In this document: positions 27,755 to 35,613 of the stretch, one piece after another
How positions within the stretch are numbered: position 1 is the stretch's first letter
How the letters are laid out: every line of letters starts with the position of its first letter
NCBI GenBank assembly: GCA_039208735.1
Contig: JBCCQY010000095.1
Location: 1 to 35,613, forward strand
Source of the DNA: Myxococcota bacterium
GTDB taxonomy: Bacteria > Myxococcota_A > UBA796 > GCA-2862545
Length of the DNA stretch: 35,613 bases
Direction: 5' to 3'
The notes under the pieces: model-generated
Told to the model about the DNA's origin: nothing
What the model saw: only the letters and a program-made list of their open reading frames with translations
Databases searched by the model: none
Made by a program: the position numbers and the translations under genes

Positions 27755-29371
27755 ATGTGGCTTTTACAATGCTTCGCGGCTTGGGCACAGCCCATCGAAG
27801 AGGAAACGGTTTCGAGGGTCGGGGAGAACGAGGGAATTCTCGTTAGCTTTGGCGCACTGTACGGGGCCTACCTTGGTGGAGAGGCCGTCTACCTCGCCAA
27901 TGCGAACGACCCCGTCCGAAACGGGCCCATTGGGTGGGGAATGTTGGCCGGGGGCGCGGCCGGTTCGGTGACGGGGTACGTCCTTTCCGTCGCTACGGAT
28001 CCCACGCCGGAAGTCCAAACCATGCTCTACACGAGTGCGGTACATGGGGGATTTTACGGCTTTCAGCTGGGCCGATCCTTCATTCCGGTGGGGGCCGACG
28101 GTCGGGACAGTCGGCTCCACGCGGCCGGCATCGCGGGATCGATGGCGGGGCTAGGGTTGGGGCTCGCCGTCCGTAAACGTGCGCCAAGCCTGGCGGACCA
28201 AGGGCGCTTGACCTTGGCAACCAGCGTGGGGTGGCTCGCCGCCACGGGCATCAATGACCTCAACCGTGAGACCGACCTCGCCGACCCCAATCGAGCTCGC
28301 GTGACGCTGGCCACAGCCGCATTGTTCAGCGGAGTCGGCATCGTAGCCAATCGCCTCGGAGCCCAACCGGGGGCCGCGGCCCTGTCGTTGAACTTGAGCC
28401 ATGGGGCCTGGATTGGGGCGTGGGTCCCGCGCTTGGTCACCCGCGATCCGTCGGGGAGGCAAATCACCGGAGGGCTGCGATTGGGGCTGGGGCTTGGGTA
28501 TGCCGGTGCCCTCGTCACATCGGCGATCGGTGAACCCTCCCCTCGATCCGCTGGCTTGCAGGCCGTGGGCTGGGCGGCGGGAAGCGCATTGGGGGCGGGA
28601 CTGCCGCTTGCTCTGCAGACCGAAGACGACGATCCGGTTGTGATTGCGAGCATGCTCACGGGTGGGGTGGTCGGGCAGATTGCCGGAGGGGTCTTAGCCC
28701 CGCACTATCGCCTCGAGCCGAACGACCGTGTGCTGCTCGCCAGCCTGTCGACGTGGTCGGCCTACCAGGCCGTGGGCTGGGGCATTCAGGCCAGCCTCGA
28801 CCAGGACACCGGGCGCCAGCCCCTTGGCGTCGCTCTCACCACGGGGGGCCTCGGTGCCGTCGCGGCGGTGGGGTTGAGCCCGGTGCTCGACGTGGACCCC
28901 TCGGGCTCGGTCATGTTGCTCACCTCGGGCGCATGGGGAAGTTGGTACGGCGCATGGGCGGCGGCGCAAAGCGAAGATCCCTGGGTGCCGACGCTCATAG
29001 CGGGAAACGGCCTGCTTGTGGCATCGGGTCTGGCGCAAGCGGCGGGGTGGCGGCCCGACTGGCGTGACGTTGCCGCCATCAACGGAGTGGGGCTTGTCGG
29101 CGCGGCCGGAGGAGCGTTGACCGGGGTGGTCTTTCTGTTCGACAACGAGGACTCCACGCCGCTCGTCGCTTCCACCCTCGTGGGCACCACGGTGGGGTTG
29201 GGAGCCGGCGTCGCACTGAGCGCGCTGCGGCCGGCGCGACCGCGCACCGCCTTGTTCCGCCCCTTGAGGCGGTTGGGGTGGCTCGCCAACGTGGGGGCCA
29301 CGCCGCTACTGCAGGAGGGTTCGCCAGGCGCCATGGTCACCGTCAACCTCAAAGAGGTCGCCCTCAACTAG
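27755..29371 (+). CDS. Gly/Ala-rich multi-pass membrane hypothetical protein
   Basis: GGAGG RBS and repeated glycine-zipper hydrophobic helices. Confidence 0.8.
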   Translation: MWLLQCFAAWAQPIEEETVSRVGENEGILVSFGALYGAYLGGEAVYLANANDPVRNGPIGWGMLAGGAAGSVTGYVLSVATDPTPEVQTMLYTSAVHGGFYGFQLGRSFIPVGADGRDSRLHAAGIAGSMAGLGLGLAVRKRAPSLADQGRLTLATSVGWLAATGINDLNRETDLADPNRARVTLATAALFSGVGIVANRLGAQPGAAALSLNLSHGAWIGAWVPRLVTRDPSGRQITGGLRLGLGLGYAGALVTSAIGEPSPRSAGLQAVGWAAGSALGAGLPLALQTEDDDPVVIASMLTGGVVGQIAGGVLAPHYRLEPNDRVLLASLSTWSAYQAVGWGIQASLDQDTGRQPLGVALTTGGLGAVAAVGLSPVLDVDPSGSVMLLTSGAWGSWYGAWAAAQSEDPWVPTLIAGNGLLVASGLAQAAGWRPDWRDVAAINGVGLVGAAGGALTGVVFLFDNEDSTPLVASTLVGTTVGLGAGVALSALRPARPRTALFRPLRRLGWLANVGATPLLQEGSPGAMVTVNLKEVALN

Positions 29372-29384
29372 GGGGAGGTGTTCC

Positions 29385-31421
29385 ATGGAATCTCCTCTGT
29401 TTGTCGCAACCGATGCCTTGGAGCTGCCGTTTGAGCTGGTCGACCAGTACGGACGGTGCGTACAGTTTGTCGAGGTCATTGGGGAGGGTGGGTTCGGTCG
29501 CGTGTACCGTGCCCGGATCCAAGGCGGCGATGACGTCTGGACGACGGTCGCCATCAAGGCATTGAAACCGGCCATTTCAAGCGGAGCGGATGCGCTCCGT
29601 CGCCTGCGCGATGAGGCGAGGATTCTGGCGGAGGTTCATCACCCGGTGGTGCTGGCCATCCGAGAGCTGCTGGTGTTCGACGGTCAGTTGGCCTTGGTCA
29701 CCGAGTTCATTGAAGGAGTGGATCTGAGGCAGGCCTTGGACGACCCGTCGGATCCGCTGCCTTTGCTGGCGGTTGTGGAGGTGGTGGGCCACGTCGCAGA
29801 CGCGCTCGCCACGATGGCAGCGCCTCCCATTCGTGGGGTGCACCGCGACATTAAGCCGGCCAACATTCGCATTGGGGTTCATGGCAGTGTGAAGTTGCTG
29901 GACTTTGGCATTGCCAAGTCGAGTGAACTCGACCGTTGGGCCGCCACACGGGCCGGTTGGGTGGTCGGGACCCTACAGTACTTGGCCCCGGAACGGCTCA
30001 CCCAAGGGCCCGCGAGGCCTCCCTCCGACGTCTTTGCGCTCGGGCTGATCTTGGCGGAAGCCCTGTACGGCCGGTCGATGAGCGACGGGCACTCGCAGCA
30101 GGGGTGGCAGGTTGCGTTGTCATCCGAAGATGCATGGCAGGCCCTCATTCGCGAGCGGTTGGAGGGAGCGATACCCTCCGAAACCCCAGAAGCACTGCCT
30201 GGTCTCATCGAGGCGCTCCTCGCTTATCAACCCTCCGAGCGACCGTCGGCCGCCGACCTGGCGGTTGCTTGCGAGCAACTCGCGCGGGCCGCCAGTTCCG
30301 AGCAGACTCTCAAGCATTGGTGCCGGCGACGATCGGGGGAACCGGCGCCATCCAACGAAACCATGTGGATCACGCCGCCGCCTCGAGACGCCCCTCCGCG
30401 CAGAGCATGGTGGGGTGGGGTGGTCGCGACGCTGGTGGTTGGGTTGCTCCTCCTTGGCGGACTGGCGATTCTGCCTCGGGAATCGCCCCCCGTCCCCCGT
30501 CCTGCGGTCGAGGTCCCACCGCCACGGCCCCCGCCCCCTCCGGTCGTGGTTGCTCCCCCGCCTCCGAAGCCCGCTCCCCGCCCGGCCCCTCCACCAGCCC
30601 CCGTTTTGGCGCCCGTGGATGCAGTGGCGGGGGTCGTAGAGCCTGAACCTGCGGAGACGACGATCCCCGAAAGGACGCCATGGACTTCGCCGTGCGGCAA
30701 CGGAACGCGGGACCCGGGCGAAGCCTGTGACTTTGGGGAAGCCGACAACGACGGTCGACCCGGAGGATGTACCGAACTCTGCTCGCTGCCTGTGGTGTGG
30801 ACGCGCAAAGGAACGCACACCATCGGGAGCCCTCCCGATGAAGGGGGGCATGCCCCCAACGAAGGGCTACCTCGCGACGTGGTGTTTACCGAGGGGTTTC
30901 GGATGTTGGCGGCGGAGGTGACGCTCGCGCAGCGTCGGGGGTTCGGGCCACGGGTCGAGGGCGACGGGAAACCCTGGACCTCGCTTTCTTGGTCGCAAGC
31001 GCGTGCGTGGTGCAACGCGTCCGGAATGCGTCTTCCAAGCGAGGTCGAATGGGAAGTCGCGGCTCGTGGTGGAACGTCCACGGCCTGGAGTTGTGGTTCG
31101 CAAGACAGTTGTCTTCAACGCCACGCCTGGAGCAGTGACAACGCCACGGACGTCCAACCCGTCGCCACCAAGCGGCCCAACCCGTTTGGCCTGTTCGACA
31201 TGCATGGCAATGTTTGGGAATGGGTTGAGGATTGCCACGTTTCCGGCCGTTGGGCGGCGGTTGAAGATGCGAAGACGGTGGTTCGGAAGCCGAACTGCTC
31301 GCGTCGAGTGATTCGTGGCGGTTCGGTAGACGATTGGCCCTTCCGGTTGCGCTCGGCCACCCGGCGTCGAGAGGCGCCACAGGCTCGCCACGAGAACCTT
31401 GGGTTTCGATGCGTTCGCTGA
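29385..31421 (+). CDS. Membrane Ser/Thr kinase - TM - Pro-rich linker - myxobacterial Cys-rich repeat - FGE-sulfatase domain
   Basis: GEGGFGRV, AIK, HRDIKPAN, DFG and APE kinase motifs; CGNGTRDPGEACD; RLPSEVEWEVAARG, FGLFDMHGNVWEW and GFRC FGE motifs. Confidence 0.92.
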   Translation: MESPLFVATDALELPFELVDQYGRCVQFVEVIGEGGFGRVYRARIQGGDDVWTTVAIKALKPAISSGADALRRLRDEARILAEVHHPVVLAIRELLVFDGQLALVTEFIEGVDLRQALDDPSDPLPLLAVVEVVGHVADALATMAAPPIRGVHRDIKPANIRIGVHGSVKLLDFGIAKSSELDRWAATRAGWVVGTLQYLAPERLTQGPARPPSDVFALGLILAEALYGRSMSDGHSQQGWQVALSSEDAWQALIRERLEGAIPSETPEALPGLIEALLAYQPSERPSAADLAVACEQLARAASSEQTLKHWCRRRSGEPAPSNETMWITPPPRDAPPRRAWWGGVVATLVVGLLLLGGLAILPRESPPVPRPAVEVPPPRPPPPPVVVAPPPPKPAPRPAPPPAPVLAPVDAVAGVVEPEPAETTIPERTPWTSPCGNGTRDPGEACDFGEADNDGRPGGCTELCSLPVVWTRKGTHTIGSPPDEGGHAPNEGLPRDVVFTEGFRMLAAEVTLAQRRGFGPRVEGDGKPWTSLSWSQARAWCNASGMRLPSEVEWEVAARGGTSTAWSCGSQDSCLQRHAWSSDNATDVQPVATKRPNPFGLFDMHGNVWEWVEDCHVSGRWAAVEDAKTVVRKPNCSRRVIRGGSVDDWPFRLRSATRRREAPQARHENLGFRCVR

Positions 31422-31461
31422 TGGGTGAGCAACTGTTCAGACCACAGGCTACATCATCGTC

Positions 31462-32550
31462 GTGCGCAAGATCATCCACGTCGACATGGATGCGTTCTAC
31501 GCATCGATCGAGCAGCGGGACCGGCCCCACCTTCGGGGTCGGCCCGTCGCGGTGGGCGGCGACCCCGAGGGTCGGGGGGTGGTTGCGGCGGCGAGCTACG
31601 AGGCCCGTCGCTTCGGTGTGCGCTCGGCCATGTCGAGTCGGGTCGCCGCACGCCTTTGCCCGTCGCTCGTGTTCTTGCCCGCAGAGTTTGGTCGGTATCG
31701 CGCTGTCTCTCGACGACTCCACGCGATCCTCGCCGACTACTCCGATGTGATCGAGCCGCTCTCCCTCGACGAAGCGTTCCTCGATGTGACCCCCGACAAG
31801 GCAGGGCTCGGCACAGCTGCTCGCGCCGCGGCCGACATCCGCCGCCGAGTCAGAGAGGAACTACGCCTTACTTGCTCGGCCGGGGTCGCGCCGGTGAAGC
31901 TCGTCGCAAAGATCGCCTCAGACTTCCGAAAGCCGGATGGGCTCACCGTTGTGCCCCCCGGCAAGGTCTCGACCTTCCTTGCGCCGCTTCCGGTAAAGGC
32001 GCTGTGGGGGGTTGGACCTGCCACGCTGAAACGCCTCGAGCCCCTGGGCCTCAAGACCATCGGAGACGTCGCGGCCCAGCCCGAAAGCCGTCTGTTCGCC
32101 TTGCTTGGAAGCCGGGGACCACAGCTGTGGCGACTGGCTCGAGGCGAAGACGAACGGCCGGTGCGACCCGATCGGCCCCGCAAATCCCGCAGCGTAGAGC
32201 AGACCTTCCAAGAAGACGTGCTCGATGTCGAAGCGCTCGTCGCCACGTTGACCAGCCAAGCGGAGCGGGTGTGTGGAGGCCTTCGGCAGGCGGGGGAGCG
32301 GGGCCGCACGGTGACGCTCAAGCTCCGTTACGCCGACTTCACCACGCTTACTCGCGCGTCCACGCTCTCCGAGCCCACAGACGACCCCGTTCCCGTCTTG
32401 GCCGCAGCCCGCGACATGCTCGACCGTACCGATGCAGGCCTACGTCCGGTGCGCCTCATCGGAATCGGACTGTCTGGATTCGTGACGGATCGACCAAGCG
32501 ATGGGCCCCAACTTGCCTTGCCCCTCGCGACCCGTAGCTACGGGCTTTAA
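31462..32550 (+). CDS. dinB: DNA polymerase IV
   Basis: RKIIHVDMDAFYASIE, SYEAR, SLDEAFLD and AKIASDFRKPDG motifs. Confidence 0.96.
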   Translation: MRKIIHVDMDAFYASIEQRDRPHLRGRPVAVGGDPEGRGVVAAASYEARRFGVRSAMSSRVAARLCPSLVFLPAEFGRYRAVSRRLHAILADYSDVIEPLSLDEAFLDVTPDKAGLGTAARAAADIRRRVREELRLTCSAGVAPVKLVAKIASDFRKPDGLTVVPPGKVSTFLAPLPVKALWGVGPATLKRLEPLGLKTIGDVAAQPESRLFALLGSRGPQLWRLARGEDERPVRPDRPRKSRSVEQTFQEDVLDVEALVATLTSQAERVCGGLRQAGERGRTVTLKLRYADFTTLTRASTLSEPTDDPVPVLAAARDMLDRTDAGLRPVRLIGIGLSGFVTDRPSDGPQLALPLATRSYGL

Positions 32551-33062
32551 AACCGTTCGACTTCGTAGGTCTCGCGCGAAGGCGGTTCCAGCACGAGTTC
32601 GACGCTCGCATCAACGTCTTCGCAGAGGGGAGCGAGGCCCGCGACGGCCCCGGCCGACGCCACCATTCGTGAGTTCCAGTAAGGCCACGTCCCGGGTTCA
32701 GGGCAGCCCTCCTCGTCCAGCTCGACGAGTTCGGCGAAGGCCAGCGGGTCCCACTCCAGGCAGGTTTCGCGCCTTGGACGCTGTGGGCGTTCAACCTGAA
32801 TGCCAAATCGGTTCTCAACCGCCAACTCCACGTCGTCGTCTACGGGTTCGCAAAACACCTCGGTCGGCCGGCGCGCGCCTACCGTGAGACCTTGTTCAGG
32901 AGTCCAGGCGCCGACACCGATGATCAAGGCGACGGGCTTGTCGATATCGCGAAGAATCGACTCCGGAATACGGATGTCGTACGCGGTTGCGATTCCGATG
33001 ACTTCGGTTTCGACGCAACCGGAAAGGAGTGCCACCCCCAACCACCCAAGAGCCTGCTTCAT
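32547..33062 (-). CDS. Hypothetical lipoprotein
   Basis: MKQALGWLGVALLSGC lipobox with a GGAGG RBS. Confidence 0.7.
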   Translation of the reverse strand: MKQALGWLGVALLSGCVETEVIGIATAYDIRIPESILRDIDKPVALIIGVGAWTPEQGLTVGARRPTEVFCEPVDDDVELAVENRFGIQVERPQRPRRETCLEWDPLAFAELVELDEEGCPEPGTWPYWNSRMVASAGAVAGLAPLCEDVDASVELVLEPPSRETYEVERF

Positions 33063-33119
33063 CCATCCCTCCTGATTCCCAATGTCCTCCATGGCAAGAA
33101 GGGATCGTTCTGGGTCTCC

Positions 33120-34991
33120 TCAGTGAGCCTCGGTGGGCGCCTGGGCTCCGGTGGGGAGACGAATCTCATCCACCATCGCCTGCACGTCGGCGGGCGGTGG
33201 CGGAGTCAGCAGGGAGATGCTGACCGTCACGGCAAGATTGAGCGCCATGCCCAGGCTCCCGATTCCCTCGGGCGAAATTCCAAACCACCATTGGTCTGGG
33301 GTTCCGCCAGCGAATTTGAAGTACACAATATAGGCGATGGTGAACAAAAGCCCCGTCACCATGCCACTGATTGCGCCTTCACGGTTGGCTCTCTTCCAGA
33401 AGATACCGAGGAGGATCGCAGGAAAGAAGCTCGACGCAGCTAAGCCAAAGGCAAATGCGACCACTTCGGCGACGAAGCCTGGCGGGTAGATGCCGAAGTA
33501 GCCCGCAATGCCCACCGCGAAGGCGGCCGCGATGCGTGCCGCCATCAGTTCGGCACCCTCCGAGATTTCGGGAACGAACGTCCGCTTCAAGAGGTCGTGG
33601 CTCACCGACGTCGAGACGACGAGCAGCAGTCCTGCGGCGGTCGACAGCGCGGCGGCAAGCCCACCCGCCGCGACAAGGGCGGTGATCCAATTGGGGAGCT
33701 CGGCGACTTCGGGATTCGCGAGCACCATGATGTCGCGATCGATGTACAGCTCGTTGTCGTTGTTGGTGCGTTCGTTTGCGACGAGGCGCTCGCCAAACGC
33801 GCCACGTTCGCCCGTGAAGACCGGCTTTTTCTTGAACGGGGCTCCCGCTCGATATTGAATGCGCCCGTCCTGATTTTTATCCACCCAGGCCAACAAACCC
33901 GTGTTTTCCCAGTTGCGAAACCAGTCGGGAACCACCCGATTCGACTTACGCAAGCTCTGCTTGCCGCGGTTCTGATTTCGCACAAGCTTCGCTTGCGGTT
34001 CGGACTCGACCAGGGCTGTGTAGGCTGCTTCATTGGTCGAATGAATCAAATGGGTTCTTGCGAATGCGCCGACCGCAGGTGCGGTGGTGTAGAGGATGGC
34101 GATGAACAGCAGCGCCCACGCCGCAGAGAGTCGGGCGTCGCGCACGCGCGGCACGGTGTAAAAGCGCACGATGACGTGGGGGAGCCCGGCCGTACCGACC
34201 ATGAGGGCGCCCGTGATGCACAGCACGTCGAGCATCGACTTCTCGCCACTCGTGTAGGGGGTAAAGCCTAGGTCGGCATTCAACTGATTCAGTTTGTCGA
34301 GCAGATGAATGGACTCGCCATTGGCGATGACGCTGCCGATCTCTCCGCCCAAGGTACTTCCAAGGCCGAACTGGGGGATGGGCTGGCCCGTTAGCAGAAT
34401 GCTGATGGCGATGGCCGGCACCAAGTAGGCGAAAATCAAGATCACGTACTGGGCTACCTGGGTGTACGTGATGCCCTTCATTCCGCCGAGCACGGCGTAG
34501 AAGAACACCACGCCCATGCCGATGGCGACGCCGGCTTCGACCTCGACGCCAAGGAATCGGCTAAACACCACGCCAACGCCTCGCATTTGCCCCGCCACAT
34601 AGGTGAAGGAGACAAAGATGGCGCAAATGACGGCAACGAGTCGTGCAGTATTGCTGTAGAAGCGGTCACCCACGAAATCCGGCACCGTAAACTGGCCAAA
34701 CTTGCGGAGATAGGGCGCGATGAGCAAGGCGAGCAGCACGTAGCCGCCGGTCCAACCCATGAGGTAGACGCTTCCGTCGTAGCCCATGAAACTGATGATT
34801 CCGGCCATTGAGATGAAGGATGCGGCACTCATCCAATCGGCGGCCGTGGCCATGCCGTTGGCAATCGGCGGCACCCCGCCCCCTGCGACGTAGAAGTCCT
34901 TGATCGTGCCGGCTCGAGAGGCGACCGCGATGATGAAGTAAAGAACAAAGGTGATCCCAACGATCGCCCCCGTCAGTAGTTGCAGGCTCAT
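33120..34991 (-). CDS. Sodium:solute symporter, ActP-like (VC_2705 subfamily)
   Basis: NGMATAADWMSAASFIS, GTAGLPHVIVRFYT and DIMVLANPEVA motifs; adjacent to a DUF4212 gene. Confidence 0.92.
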   Translation of the reverse strand: MSLQLLTGAIVGITFVLYFIIAVASRAGTIKDFYVAGGGVPPIANGMATAADWMSAASFISMAGIISFMGYDGSVYLMGWTGGYVLLALLIAPYLRKFGQFTVPDFVGDRFYSNTARLVAVICAIFVSFTYVAGQMRGVGVVFSRFLGVEVEAGVAIGMGVVFFYAVLGGMKGITYTQVAQYVILIFAYLVPAIAISILLTGQPIPQFGLGSTLGGEIGSVIANGESIHLLDKLNQLNADLGFTPYTSGEKSMLDVLCITGALMVGTAGLPHVIVRFYTVPRVRDARLSAAWALLFIAILYTTAPAVGAFARTHLIHSTNEAAYTALVESEPQAKLVRNQNRGKQSLRKSNRVVPDWFRNWENTGLLAWVDKNQDGRIQYRAGAPFKKKPVFTGERGAFGERLVANERTNNDNELYIDRDIMVLANPEVAELPNWITALVAAGGLAAALSTAAGLLLVVSTSVSHDLLKRTFVPEISEGAELMAARIAAAFAVGIAGYFGIYPPGFVAEVVAFAFGLAASSFFPAILLGIFWKRANREGAISGMVTGLLFTIAYIVYFKFAGGTPDQWWFGISPEGIGSLGMALNLAVTVSISLLTPPPPADVQAMVDEIRLPTGAQAPTEAH

Positions 34992-35026
34992 GGCACCCCC
35001 CACGGACTCGATTCGCGACAGACGGT

Positions 35027-35302
35027 TCAGCCGTCCATTCCGGCGTCACGCTCGACGCGATTCATCAGGGCGACGTACGCAAACACAAGCAAGACGAACG
35101 TGACGATGCTCCCTTGCTGGGCAATCCAGAAGCCCAAGGGGTAGCCGGTGAACGGCAGGGTGAACCGATTCAGCCATGGCGCGAACACGATGCCGCCGCC
35201 GAAGCTCACCAGGGCCCACACACTGAGCAACACTGCCACGATGCGAACATTGCGGCTCCAATATCGGCGAGCCACGGTGGAGTCGGGCTGTGGATCGGGC
35301 AT
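35027..35302 (-). CDS. DUF4212 small subunit of the solute:sodium symporter
   Basis: YWSRN, W.LVSFG and GYPLGFWIAQQGSI motifs. Confidence 0.9.
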   Translation of the reverse strand: MPDPQPDSTVARRYWSRNVRIVAVLLSVWALVSFGGGIVFAPWLNRFTLPFTGYPLGFWIAQQGSIVTFVLLVFAYVALMNRVERDAGMDG

Positions 35303-35421
35303 TGCGCATCCCGTCGAGTTCGAGTGAGCGCAGACCTTACCACCGCGGGTCTGAGCGGTTTCCGCAATAATCGCCGGGGCCGGACGTCCTGCGAAGCACG
35401 GCCGCCAAGAACGGAGAACGC

Positions 35422-35613
35422 ATGACAAACTTGTCGATTCGTGGATTGTCGAAGACCTACCCCAACGGGGTCGCGGCTCTCAAGGACGTTACCCTCCAGT
35501 TGGAACCCGGCATGTTCGGGTTGTTGGGACCCAATGGGGCGGGCAAGTCGACGTTGATGCGCACGCTCGCCACCCTTCAGGACGCCGATGCGGGCGAAGT
35601 TCAGCTCATGAAC
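35422..35613 (+). CDS. ABC transporter ATP-binding protein, 3'-partial (not in the ORF track)
   Basis: MTNLSIRGLSKTYPNGVAALKDV...GLLGPNGAGKSTLM (Walker A); GGAG RBS. Confidence 0.92.
   Translation, partial: MTNLSIRGLSKTYPNGVAALKDVTLQLEPGMFGLLGPNGAGKSTLMRTLATLQDADAGEVQLMN

Noticed and set aside
22917..31421. Diversity-generating retroelement targeting the FGE-fold C-termini
   Set aside because: No reverse transcriptase and no template/variable repeat pair differing at adenines were seen in the window.
31425..32537. 370-aa overlapping plus-strand ORF
   Set aside because: It is an Arg/Pro-rich alternative frame of dinB with no recognisable motifs.

Overview
GC-rich bacterial DNA. Its gene repertoire (Ser/Thr kinase-FGE fusions, a myxobacterial Cys-rich repeat, Gly-rich membrane proteins, a myxobacterial-type TonB receptor) suggests Myxococcota; this is inferred. 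In order, the window holds: (1) a UGSC-type selenoprotein gene whose apparent stop is an in-frame TGA followed by a SECIS-like hairpin, coupled to an upstream CxxC thioredoxin-fusion gene; (2) a broken NmrA-DUF2461/TetR pair; (3) a 3,624-bp internally deleted Tn3-family transposon (4441-8064, ~50-bp inverted repeats (IRs), GGCTT target duplication) carrying a tnpA 3' remnant, a 5'-truncated STAND-type TM-WD40 gene with hypervariable repeats, a Phd/YefM-VapC toxin-antitoxin (TA) pair and a third internal IR; (4) glcDEF, a TonB receptor with lipoprotein, DUF2156, GNAT, a frameshifted wHTH-ATPase-TPR regulator, DUF4403 and ada; (5) a kinase, an ECF43-like sigma factor and an amidase homologue lacking two catalytic residues; (6) a second kinase-FGE gene, dinB, an ActP-like symporter pair and a partial ABC ATPase. 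Several frameshifts and two head-to-head truncation junctions may be real decay or assembly error. All calls come from reading motifs by eye; no database searches were run.
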